A stretch of 64,000 nt of DNA, from the NCBI RefSeq assembly GCF_000372725.1, contig NW_005201912.1, positions 315,711 through 379,710 of the forward strand, read 5' to 3'. The notes beneath the pieces are model-generated. The model was not told where the DNA came from. It did not search any database and was given only the letters and a program-made list of their open reading frames with translations. Source of the stretch: Emiliania huxleyi CCMP1516 (Eukaryota). Shown piece after piece: positions 12,120-22,306 of the stretch. How positions within the stretch are numbered: the first letter of the stretch is position 1; the number at the start of each line of letters is the position of its first letter. The translations under genes were made by a program, and so were the position numbers.

Positions 12120-14195
12120 AGCGTCGCTTGCGCGGCGTCACACCTGCTCAAAAAGGAAGGAGGTTGGAGGCAGGAGGTCACGCCCCATCCAGAGCGCCGT
12201 CGTCGCCGGGTTTTTGGCCCCCGGGTCGTCGCCCGACGGTTGCTGCGCGGGGCAGCAGACCATCGGACGGCGCGACGACGCCCCGTCCGGCACGCTCCCC
12301 CCTCCACCCGGCTATTGCCGCACGAGCGCCCTCAGCGGCGGAATTTTTCCCTCGCGCTTCCTTGGGCCCCCGGCAACGCCGGCGGACTTCCCGTCCCCCC
12401 ACCTGCGCCGCAATCACCGCCGTGATTGTCGGCGCCGCGCCCCTTGGCGCCCGTGCATGTCCCGCGTGCCCGCCCGCCAAGGCTGGTGCCAAGGCCAACC
12501 CAACTGCCAAGGCTGGTGCCAGGGCCAAATCAACTGCCTGGCTGGTGCCAAGGCTCAAAGGCTCTCCTCTCTCTCTCTCCTCCCTCTCTCCCTCCCTCCC
12601 TCCCTCCCTCTCACCCCCCACCTCTTCTCTCCTCTCCCCCTCCTCCTCTCTCCTCTCTCCTCCTCTCTCCTCTCCTCTCCTCTCCTCTTCTCATCCTCTC
12701 CCCTCTCCTCCTCTCCTCTCTCCCCCCCTCTCCCCCAGCAGCTTCCTCGAGGCCGAACAGGTAGATCCTCCCTGATCGCTAAGCTTCTTTTCTTCTTCTT
12801 CTTTTCATTTTCGCTCGGAAGGGAGAGTGGCGAAAAAAGAAAGAATTTATACAAAACAACTCACTGTCACAGCAGACAGGCTCGACACAGGTGCGAACTG
12901 GCGCGTGCTAGCACTATCACAGGCACACCACCGGAGAGCGGCGTGTACGGGGCTAGAGTCGCACGACGGGGGCCGTAGGCGTAGCCTTCGGTCACGAGCG
13001 TGGCGTTCTCGCGTGAAAAGCGCCCTAATCGAGCTGGAGCGCTGCCCACAGCCGCGTGGAGCGTGCCCCAGCTAGCAGGAGGCGTTAGACGTACTTTTCG
13101 GCGTGAACTATGAAGGACTTTCGGCGACGTCCGTTCTCTTGGACACGTCGACACATGGCACCGACGCAGCTCAGCATTGTGCTGGAGCGCCTGCTCAACG
13201 AATTCGGGATAGCCGACCTCAGTACGCTCGAGGCCATGCTCAAGCACGATACAGGCGCAGTGCTCGACGCGATCTGAGCCGTGTCGCGTGTTATGTGTGT
13301 CGGGACTCACAGTCCCACTTGAGCCTCTATATGATTAGTAGACCGTCTGTGCAGCGCTCTCGGGTTTGGATGGTAGCGGGGGGCCCGCCGGAGGCTGGTT
13401 ACTGATTTCTTTTCTCTATTTTCCCGGAAATCGTCAAATTTTGGGCTCTGAGCCGAGTCTGAGAGCCTGTTTTTGCCACTTCGTTATTACACGTTAGCTC
13501 TCCAGGGTCTCTAATCTTGAGACCACTTCTACGGGCCAGCCTGGAAGCACCTCTTGTATGGGGTGTCATCCGGCCTCGACGCTCGGTCTGACAGCCACTT
13601 CCTCAATAAGATGGGAGACCTCGCCGCGTGCTGTGGCTACCACGAGGGCTGGGGCTTCTTGAACAATCACCGCGTCCTGATACCACTGCAGACTTCACTG
13701 CAGTGGTGCCCTGGCTGCATTGTCCTCCCATGCGGCGCACGTGGCGGCGAGCCAGACGATCCAGCTCCGCGTGCCGTCCCGTCGGATTTGCAAATGCGGC
13801 CTCAGTGCCGGATGGCCCGTGAAATCTGCTTTGGCGCCAAGCGGAGTGACGAGTTTTGCCACGAAAGAGAGCGCCCTCTGCTAAGGGGGGGTAACTGGGC
13901 GGCCAAATTCACACCTTCGCGGGACTAACTTCTGAGTTCTGTTTTCGTTATACGATTCGTAAACGTAGACTTCGATCTTCGTGGCCCCCCGCTACGTCGC
14001 ACGGTGCAACCGGGTAGCGGGGGGCTATAATAGTTATATGGGTAAAGAGATATGCGAACTCCCTCGCATGCCTCTCACTGCGCTGCGGGCCCTCTCGCGC
14101 CGTTCGTGGGAGTTCGGACATCTCGTTCGAGTTGAGGCACGCGCTGCTCCAACCTCTCTCGCTCTCTCTCTCTCTCTCATGCGCACTTCCCCCGG

Positions 14196-15366
14196 CTAGT
14201 CGCGCGTGAGCACGAAGCGCTTCGCGTGCTTTGCACTCTCGAGCTCCGCCAGGCACGCGTTCACCTCGTCCATCGGGCGCAGGACGACGCTCGCGCCGAT
14301 GCCCTTCTCGGCGCAGAAGGCGAGCATGGACTCCATCTCCTTGCGGCCGCCTACTCACGCGCGGGCCACCCGTGGGGAGCGGTCGCGCCGGCGTGGGTCG
14401 CGCGGACGGCGTCGGCGTCGCGGCCGCCCGTGTTTGAAGTCGTGATGTTGTTCATCGTGAAGCCGAGTGTGAAGACGTCCGCCTGTTCACGCCGCGCCAG
14501 CTGTGAAGAGAGGGACGGGCCGCTACGCGGGCGGGCAATCTCGGCCAGTCTCGGCCAGTCTCGGCTAGTCTCGGCTAATCTCGCCGTGATGGGCGGGCAC
14601 ATGCCGACGAAGCAGATGGTCCCGCGCGGGCGGAGCAGCGGGAAGAACTTTGAAAAGTCGACTGCAGCGCCGGGGCGCGGGCGAGTGGGTGGGGTGGGGT
14701 GTGGGTGGGTGGGTGGGGCGAGGGGGGAGGGCGCCGAGGGGGCGATGAGGGCGGCAGCCCGGCGTGGGATCGGTGCGTGCGGGTGGCGCGGAGCGGGGTG
14801 CAGGGAGTGGTGGTGGCGGTGGGTGGGGGCGGGGACGAGGAGGGCCGCCACGTCGTGACGAGCAGTGACTCGGCCGTGGCTTGGCGGTCCATATGCGGTG
14901 CCAGGGAGGAGGGCAAGGAGGAGGGGGCAGCGGCACCCGTCTGAGTGGTGGCGAGTGTCACCAAGATGAAGTCGAGCGTGCCGGCCTGCGGGAGGAGCAA
15001 AGGGGGAGAGAGCGGAGCGGCGCGCTGGAAGGAAGGGCCGCCTCGACGCGGGGCATGCCTCCGTGGGCTTGCAGTTGTGGTGTGACAGACTGTCGGACGG
15101 GCCCCAACATCCGCATCCGCATCTGCATCTGCATCTGCATCCGCATCCGCATCTGCATCCGCATCTGCGTCTAGAGGCGCAGGCCAGAGCGTCGAGCTGC
15201 GACTGGTCCGAATGCGCGACGAAGGCGTGCGCGCCGAGCGCCTTGGCCTCCTCCGCCTTTGAGGCGGACCCCGACAGCGCCGTCACCTCGCGGCCGAGCG
15301 CGCTCGCAAACTGCGCGGCACGGGAGAGAGTGTGGTGCAGGAGAGGGAGGGAGGGAGGGAGGGAGG

Positions 15367-15416
<50 letters not shown>

Positions 15417-16218
15417 AGGAGTCACGGCCATGGCGATGGGAGCTGGCCGCGTGGTGCGTGGTGCGGGCTCGGCGGCACGCGTGCGGAGCGACCGGAGGAG
15501 GCGGAGGAGGCGCGGGAGAGCGCCGGAGGCGGTGCGAGATGTGCGTGCAGGGCGGCGGCCGCTCCTTGATTGCCATGTGGCCGAGCCCTCCCAGCCCGAG
15601 GATGCCAACCTTGTCGCCGTCCTTGGTCTGCTGCACCAGCGGCGTCCAGACGGTCTGCCCGCCGCACAGCAGCGGCGCCTACTCGGGCGCGGGCTGCGGT
15701 GACGCCGCCGTCGAGACGGAGCAGAGTCGCGGCGGCTTCAGAGGTGCCGTCTGCGCCGAGTCGCACGCTTCCGGGATGGCGAAGCAGAACTTGCCGTCCT
15801 GTATGCGGACGTAGTCGGCGAAGGCGCCGACGTTGCCTTCGCAGCACGTCGCCTTGACCGAAGCGCAGAGCTGCTCGTCGCCCTTCTTGCACCACTCACA
15901 CTCGTGACACGCGCCGTTCTGCCAGCCGATGCCCGCGCGCTCGCCCACCTTGACGTGCGTGACCTCCTCTCCAACCGCGGTGACGATGCCGATCACCTCG
16001 TGTCCGCACACCTGCGGCTTGCCGACTGCAAACCCGGTGAAGTCTGCGTAGCCGCCGTCTGAGTTGATCAGGTGCACATCCGAGCCACAGAGGCCGCAAA
16101 ACTGCACCCGTAGCTCGACGCCGTGGGGACCAAGCGATGGCACCTCCATGCACACCTCCTCGAGCGCGGCCTTTGGCTTCGCCGCAGCCCAGCACTTGAC
16201 CGTGCGCGGAGCCGACAT
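14196..16218 (-). CDS. Zn-dependent (cinnamyl/NADP-type) alcohol dehydrogenase, multi-exon
   Basis: CGLCGSDVH, GHEVIG, CHECEWC......C, APLLCGG, GLGGLGHMAIK/FA, LRPRGTICFVG, ends KRFVLTRD*. Confidence 0.92.
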
Positions 16219-16286
16219 CGGGCCGCAGGATGTGCGGCTTGGAGAGAGAAGACGCCAGATATCCGTACCAGAAACGCCGCAAGCAT

Positions 16287-16380
16287 CCCACAGCGTAGAG
16301 CTTGCCGTCGAAAACCGCCACAGCGGAGCCCTCCCGCGCCGTCCCCATCGCCGCAACCGCCTCCCACGCGTTCAGCGCCG
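16287..16380 (-). pseudogene. Kelch-repeat gene remnant
   Basis: Near-identical to 62374-62468 of the Kelch gene (ALNAWEAVAAMGTAR..SAVAV.DGKLYAVG). Confidence 0.85.
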
Positions 16381-16459
16381 AGGCACCTTCAGGCCCCTCT
16401 CACAGCAGACTGGCACGAACTAGCACCACAAAAGGGAAAAGTGGTGGGGCGCACTGGCA

Positions 16460-17569
16460 CTAACACACTGGCGGCGTGCCGTCCTCCCATTCCTCCATCG
16501 AAGGGCGGCGGGCGAGCAGCGCCGCCTTCTTCGCATTGTCGGCCATCTCACCGAGGAGCGCCGCGCCCGTGCCCACGCCGTCCTCGGCCTTGAGCGCCTT
16601 CGCCTTCGCCCTGGCGCTCTCGCGCATGGTGTCGTCCACCTTCCCCAGCGCCTCCGCCACGTCCGCGCCGCTCGTCTGCGCCAGCAGCTTGTTGAGCCCC
16701 ACGCCGACGTTCAGCGTGTTGCAGCGTTGCCCCCAAAAGTGCTGGTCGCACTTGAGCACCGGGGTGACGATGCACGGGATGCCCGCGCCCACCACCGCCG
16801 CGACCGTGCCGGCGCCGCCGTGCACCACGCCGGCCGAGCACTGCGGCAGCAGCCAGCCGTGCGGCACCGAGCCCGTGGCGAAGTGCACGTTCTTCTTGGC
16901 GTACGCGATCAGGTCGGCACGCTCTTTGGGCAGCTTGTCGACGTTGAGCTGCGCCCAGCCGCCGAGCACCACGGCCCGGCTCGACGCGAGCATCGCCGCC
17001 TCCACCGCCACGACCGTCATGAACGTGGCTGCGCACGGTGCACGCGCGCGGGTGAGGCGGGCGCGCAGTGTCGGTGGGCGACGATCCGTGGGGCGGCGGC
17101 GCACCGTCCTTGACGAGCATCGAGCCCCACCCGACGTAGATGGGCGTGGGGCCGTCGGCGAGGAAGGCCTTGAGCTCGGCCGTCGGCTTGAAGGCCTTGA
17201 GCTGCTGCGCATCGTCCAGCTTCCAGAAGCCGACCACCTGCCCCACGGGCTGATCGGCGTACCCCGGAAAGAGCGCCGGGCTCCAGCCGCACAGCGTCCA
17301 CTGGTAGAGGTCCTCGAGGTCGTGCACGGTCATCGGGGGCTTGCCCGCCGCCGCGTAGCGCTTCTGGATCGCGCCGTCCTTGGAGAGCGCCGACGCGTGC
17401 AGCTTGCCAAGGATGAGCGCGTGCAGCAGCCGGTTGCAGCCGCACGGCAGGTTGATGCCAGTGAGGCTGAGGTAGACGGGCGCCTCAGTGGCGGTGATCG
17501 AGCGCGGGAAGAGCTGTCCGAAGCACACGTGGTGCCGCGCAGGTCGTACAGCGCGCGCGCAGTGCCCAT
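16460..17569 (-). pseudogene. Sterol glucosyltransferase-like UDP-glycosyltransferase, C-terminal part, 5'-truncated with a probable frameshift
   Basis: PIYVGWGSM, VPHGWLLPQC...HGGAGT, DQHFWG; no N-terminal domain; frame change near 17525. Confidence 0.75.
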
Positions 17570-17793
17570 CTTGAGATTGTTATAGACGATCAGGTTGGGC
17601 TTGAATCACTCCCACCAATGCGATGCGCTTCGCTCGCCGCCTGAGCTCGGCACGCCCTCGCACCACTGCCCACTCTTGCCCCGCTCGAGGCCGGCTCGCC
17701 GCGTGGTGCTTGGTGGTGCGGGTGGCTGGAGCGTGCGAGGCCGACGCGCCACATATTTGCTCGCGCGCGTGGCTCCAACCTCGCGACAGCAGC

Positions 17794-18010
17794 TATGTAT
17801 GTATGTAGTAAGGTGAAGAACAGTCAGGCTCGGACTGGACACCAACGCGGTATGGGTGGACACTAGACAGATGATGACGACACGCACGAGCGACACACAG
17901 ACACAAACAAGCTCACAAGACACACAGCCAGCGGGCTGCCACACATCCTGAGTGGGCGTACACATCACTCAGGCCACGTCCCCCCTGTCGCCCCCCCCAG
18001 CACTCCAAGG
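17794..18010 (-). repeat. Dispersed repeat with (TACA)n tail, copy 1 (possible LINE/SINE 3' end)
   Basis: Inverted homolog of 50270-50502. Confidence 0.8.
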
Positions 18011-18629
18011 TGCCAAGAGACAAACAACAGCACAACAACACAGACAGGCGACAGGGGCGAACGTGTGAGACTAGAGCAGGCTTGCTCCGCCTCTAGCAAT
18101 CTCGTCGCCGGCCGCAAGGCACGGACGAGACCGTGTGTGGGGTCTTGTGAGGTGTCTATGGACGCCCTCCTCACAGGCTATTGGCCAGCCGCTAGCCCTA
18201 ACTCGCACTCATGGGTGACGACAGTTCATTGGATGAGTGGTTGCGAGCAGAGGCGCGTGTGCTGAATCTAGATCGCACGCCGTGGCATATGACTTGGGTA
18301 GGCGTGCGACCGCAGCGCGCCCGCCGAAGGCTCGACCGGGCGCGCGTGTCAGCCAGAAGTTTGCCAGTAGAGCGATCCTGGTCTTTCCGAAGACGAGCCC
18401 CGCGCCACGGGTGCCAGCCGTGCCTCCGCGGGAGCCGCCTCTCGAGCCGCGTCCCGCCGGCACTGTCCCTGAGTGCGTCCCGCCTTGGTTGGCGACACGC
18501 ACTCGACGAGGGCAGTCCAGCCGACGGGAACGTGTCGCGCGCCGGCGACGAATGCGGCGGGGTGGGTGTGGGTAGCTGTCCCGCGCCTCGCCTGTCGCGT
18601 GAATCGAGGTGGTGGCGGAATCAATTGCC

Positions 18630-20828
18630 ATGAACGCCATGAGCCCCACCTTGATCGCTGACCTGCGCCGGGGCGACCTGACCTCGCTGCGCGCCCTCCT
18701 GTTCGGGCGGACGCGCGGCCCGGCGCTCACGGCCCTGCTCGACGCGCGGCTCGAGGCCGAGAGCCAGTTCACGCTGCTGGCCTGGGCCGCTTACTACGGG
18801 CAGGCCGACGCGGTGAGGCTGCTGATTGAGAGCGGTGCGAGCGTGGGGGCGACGGCTGGCATTGGCTGCTCCGCGCTGTTCATCGCATGCCAAGAGGGCC
18901 AGCTCGAGTGCGTGCGGCTGCTCCTCGGCGCCAACGCTGACGCCGACCAAGCCAAGGACACCGGCGCCACGCCGCTGCTCGTCGCGTGCCAGAAGGGCCA
19001 GCTCGAGTGCGTGCGGCTGCTCCTCGGCGCCAGCGCGGCGGTCAACCAAGCCAAGGCGGACGGCGCCACGCCGCTGTACATCGCGTGCCAGGAGGGCCAC
19101 CTCGAGTGCGTTCGGATGCTTCTCGAGGCTAGCGCGGCGGTCAACCAAGCCAGGGACGACAGCTTCACGCCGCTGTACATCGCGTGCGAGAAGGGCCAGC
19201 TCGACTGCGCCCGGCTGCTCCTTGAGGCCAGCGCGGCGATCAACCAAGCCAAGGACGGCGGCGCCACGCCGCTGTTCATCGCGTGCCAGAAGGGCCACCT
19301 CGAGTGCGCGCGGCTGCTCCTCGGCGCCGACGCGGCAGTCAACCAAGCCAGGGAAATCGGCACCACGCCGCTGTACATCGCGTGCCAGAAGGGCCACCCC
19401 CAGATCGCCCAGCTGCTCCTCGAGGCTGACGCGGCGGTGAACCAAGCAGACGCTGAAGGCTTCACGCCGCTGTACGTCGCGTGCCATAAGGGCCAGCTCG
19501 AGTGCGCCCAGCTGCTCCTCGGCGCCAGCGCGGCGGTCAACCAAGCCATGGACGACGGCGCCACGCCGCTGTTCATTGCCTGCGAGAAGGGCCAGTTCGA
19601 GTGCGTTCGGCTGCTCCTCGGCGCCGACGCGGCAGTCAACCAAGCCAGGGAGAACGGCGTCAGGCCGCTGTACATCGCGTGCTACCATGGCGACCCCTTC
19701 ATCGTGCTCTGCCTGCTGCGGGCGGGCGCGGCGGTCAACCAAGCCACAGACTATGGTGTCACGCCGCTGTTCATCGCGTGCCAGAACGGCCAGCTCGAGT
19801 GCGCCCGGCTGCTTCTCGAGGCCAGCGCGGCGGTCAACCAAGCCAAGGACGACGGCGCCACGCCGCTGTACGTCGCGTGCCAGAACGGCCAGCTCGAGTG
19901 CGCCCGGCTGCTTCTCGAGGCCAGCGCAGCTGTCAACCAAGCCAACGTCAACGGCGCCACGCCGCTGTACATCACGTGCGAGACGGGCCAGCTCGAGTGC
20001 GTTCGGCTGCTCCTCGGCGCCGACGCGGCAGTCAACCAAGCCAGGGAGAACGGCGTCAGGCCGCTGCACATCGCGTGTTACAAGGGCCACCCCGCCGTCG
20101 TGCTCTGCCTGCTGCGGGCGGGCGCTGACACAGCGGCGCGCACTGCGAGCAGCGAGACGGCGCTGCAGTTTGCAAAGGAGGAGGGCCACGCCGAGTGCGA
20201 GCGCGCACTTGTGGCGGCGGCGAGGGAGGCGAAGAGAGCGGAGATTGAGGCAAGGGTGGCGAGGGCAGTGGCCGAGAGGGCGGCGGCAGAGAGGGTGGAG
20301 GCCGAGAGGGCGGCCGAGGAGGCTGCGGCGGCGCTGCTGGCGGAGGAGGAGGCGGAGAAGTGCCCCGAGGAGAAGACGAAGGCCAAGAAGAGGGGCAAGA
20401 AGAAGAAGCAGGGCGGCGGGGGCGGCGCTGGGCCGTCGCAAGAGGCCGAGGCGCCGGCAGAGGAGGCGGCAGAGGCGGCGGCGGCGGCGGCGGAGGAGGC
20501 GGAGCTTGCGGCGGCGCTCGAGGAGAGCGCGAGGCTGGAGGAGGGGAGGCGGGCGGCGGAGGCGCAAGGGCCGTCCTCGGCCGCAGAGGCGCCGGCTCCG
20601 AGGGAGGAGCCGCCGGCCGACTTCATCTGCCCGATCACGACCGAGCTCATGAGTGACCCGGTGATGGCGGCGGACGGGCATTCGTACGAGCGGTCGGCGA
20701 TCGAGCGCTGGCTCGCGACCAAGTCGACGAGCCCGATGACGGGCGAGGCGCTCGTGCAAAGCTTCCTCGCCCCCAACCACACGCTGCGCCGGCAGATCCG
20801 GGAGTGGGAAGAGGCGAACGCACGCTGA
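18630..20828 (+). CDS. Ankyrin-repeat + coiled coil + U-box E3 ubiquitin ligase, intronless
   Basis: About 14 33-aa repeats of GATPLxIACQxGxLECxRLLL; PADFICPITTELMSDPVMAADGHSYERSAIERW...SPMTG...LAPN. Confidence 0.95.
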   Translation: MNAMSPTLIADLRRGDLTSLRALLFGRTRGPALTALLDARLEAESQFTLLAWAAYYGQADAVRLLIESGASVGATAGIGCSALFIACQEGQLECVRLLLGANADADQAKDTGATPLLVACQKGQLECVRLLLGASAAVNQAKADGATPLYIACQEGHLECVRMLLEASAAVNQARDDSFTPLYIACEKGQLDCARLLLEASAAINQAKDGGATPLFIACQKGHLECARLLLGADAAVNQAREIGTTPLYIACQKGHPQIAQLLLEADAAVNQADAEGFTPLYVACHKGQLECAQLLLGASAAVNQAMDDGATPLFIACEKGQFECVRLLLGADAAVNQARENGVRPLYIACYHGDPFIVLCLLRAGAAVNQATDYGVTPLFIACQNGQLECARLLLEASAAVNQAKDDGATPLYVACQNGQLECARLLLEASAAVNQANVNGATPLYITCETGQLECVRLLLGADAAVNQARENGVRPLHIACYKGHPAVVLCLLRAGADTAARTASSETALQFAKEEGHAECERALVAAAREAKRAEIEARVARAVAERAAAERVEAERAAEEAAAALLAEEEAEKCPEEKTKAKKRGKKKKQGGGGGAGPSQEAEAPAEEAAEAAAAAAEEAELAAALEESARLEEGRRAAEAQGPSSAAEAPAPREEPPADFICPITTELMSDPVMAADGHSYERSAIERWLATKSTSPMTGEALVQSFLAPNHTLRRQIREWEEANAR

Positions 20829-21110
20829 AGAGCGCTTGCGCCGCCCGCCACCGTCGGCCGTCGGCTCACACCGTCCCGCGGGGCTTACGCGGGGGTGGGA
20901 ATGCGGGACTCCGCGCCTTGAGAGGACAGCGCGTTGTGCAAAAACTAAAAGCGAGAGTCGGTGTGTGTGAGCGAGACGACGCGGCGGCTCGCTGCGCAGT
21001 CCATACTGTACCCGTGGCCGTGCGTCTCCCGCCTGGAAAAAAGTCCTACTAGCTCGAGCTGCGGTTTTTTACAACTTTTTTCGGCTGTCGCAGCCCGTTT
21101 CGCCTTTTAT

Positions 21111-21570
21111 TTACCTACCATCGGCGCGTGTCCCTCTCAGCACCTCCAACACGGACTTGAACCCTCGCCGCCTCGCCTCGTCCTCGGGCGTGTGCCCCCA
21201 CCGATCCTTGAGCGAGCCAATCGGGCGGCGCAGGGACCTCAAAAGTGTGCCTGCCAGCACTGGCGAGCCAGCGCACGCAGCGATGTGAAGCGCCGTGCGG
21301 CCGTCGTAATCGCACGCGGAGGGGAGGGCGCCGGCGGCGAGGAGGGAGGCCAGCAAGCCGGCGTCAGACGTTGCAGCCGCGTTGCAAAGCAGCGACGCCT
21401 CCTCGTGCTCCGGCAGGCGCAGCGTCGCGCCCAACCGCTTCAGCGCCTCGACTCAGCCTCCGTGCCGGTTGATCGCAGCCTCGTGGAGCACCCCTCGCCG
21501 GCGAGCAGCTCCACCATGTCCACGTGCCCCTGCGCTGCGGCGAGGTGCATCGCGGTCCTGCCGTTCATGC
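21111..21570 (-). pseudogene. Ankyrin-repeat fragment (asparaginase/K-channel-type C-terminal ANK), disrupted
   Basis: NGRTAMHLAAAQGH, DYDGRTALHIAA, KDRWGHTPEDEA; frameshift/stop around 21450-21490. Confidence 0.65.
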
Positions 21571-21723
21571 AGGGGTGAAGTTAGGCCCGCCGCTCACCCA
21601 CAAAGGGGGCGCGTGCGGACGGGTGGTGCGCAAAATGATGCGGGCGGCACCTTCCTCGCCTCCAGCATCACCGTCCGTCTCCGCAAAGTCGCCGCCGATT
21701 CGTTGCGCGCGAGTCGGTGGGGT

Positions 21724-21931
21724 GTAGACGGGTCGTACCGCTCGAGCGAGTTGAGCACCTCGAAATGCTGCCAGGATGTGCGGGGCGAGGTCCGGCGAGA
21801 GGAGGACCTCGGAGAGGATCCACTCGGGCTGCTCCACGCGTGCGGCGCGGTGCTCCTCCGCCACGCGCAGCGTGGCGGCGCTCAAGAGGGGCGCCTGCTC
21901 GTCGATGAAGGCGACGAGCTGCTCTGGCGAG
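21724..21931 (-). pseudogene. Remnant of the F-box-like/Kelch gene N-terminus
   Basis: Blocks match 62755-62786 and 62923-62988 (SPEQ.VAFI, EVLLSPDLAPHILA, LNSLERYDPST). Confidence 0.8.
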
Positions 21932-22306
21932 CATCACTCCGACACACGATTTTTCACTCCCCACAGCCGCCAACCCAGGATCGGCCGCTCGAACCGGAGA
22001 CCGCCGCTCGACATATGATCGGCGACTCACATCGATGTCAAAGAACTGTGTTGGGTCACACATTTCTTGTTGGCTTCTAAAAATCTCTCTCTCGATGTCA
22101 GCCGCTCGACCTATGGTCGGCGGCTCTGGGTTCGAATCTGAGGACCTGGGTTCGAATCGCCGTTGGCGGTTCATAGGGTAGATAAAAATCTTCTGGAGCG
22201 TTCCCAGACCTATTTATTCACAGGCGCGCGGGATGCGTCGGGTGTGAACACAAAACAACAACCGTCGCACCGGCTGCCTGCAGTCGAGCCGGCGGCGCGG
22301 CGGCCG

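Noticed and set aside
11616..13950. Protein-coding genes in the 11.6-14 kb interval
   Set aside because: Only short coding-like patches among simple repeats; no domain or consistent exon chain could be supported.
18621..20780. 719-aa antisense ORF over the ankyrin/U-box gene
   Set aside because: Shadow ORF caused by high GC and codon bias; the same applies to most overlapping R/A/P-rich ORFs in the track.
22100..22172. tRNA gene
   Set aside because: T-loop-like motifs only; no acceptor stem or anticodon arm could be built.
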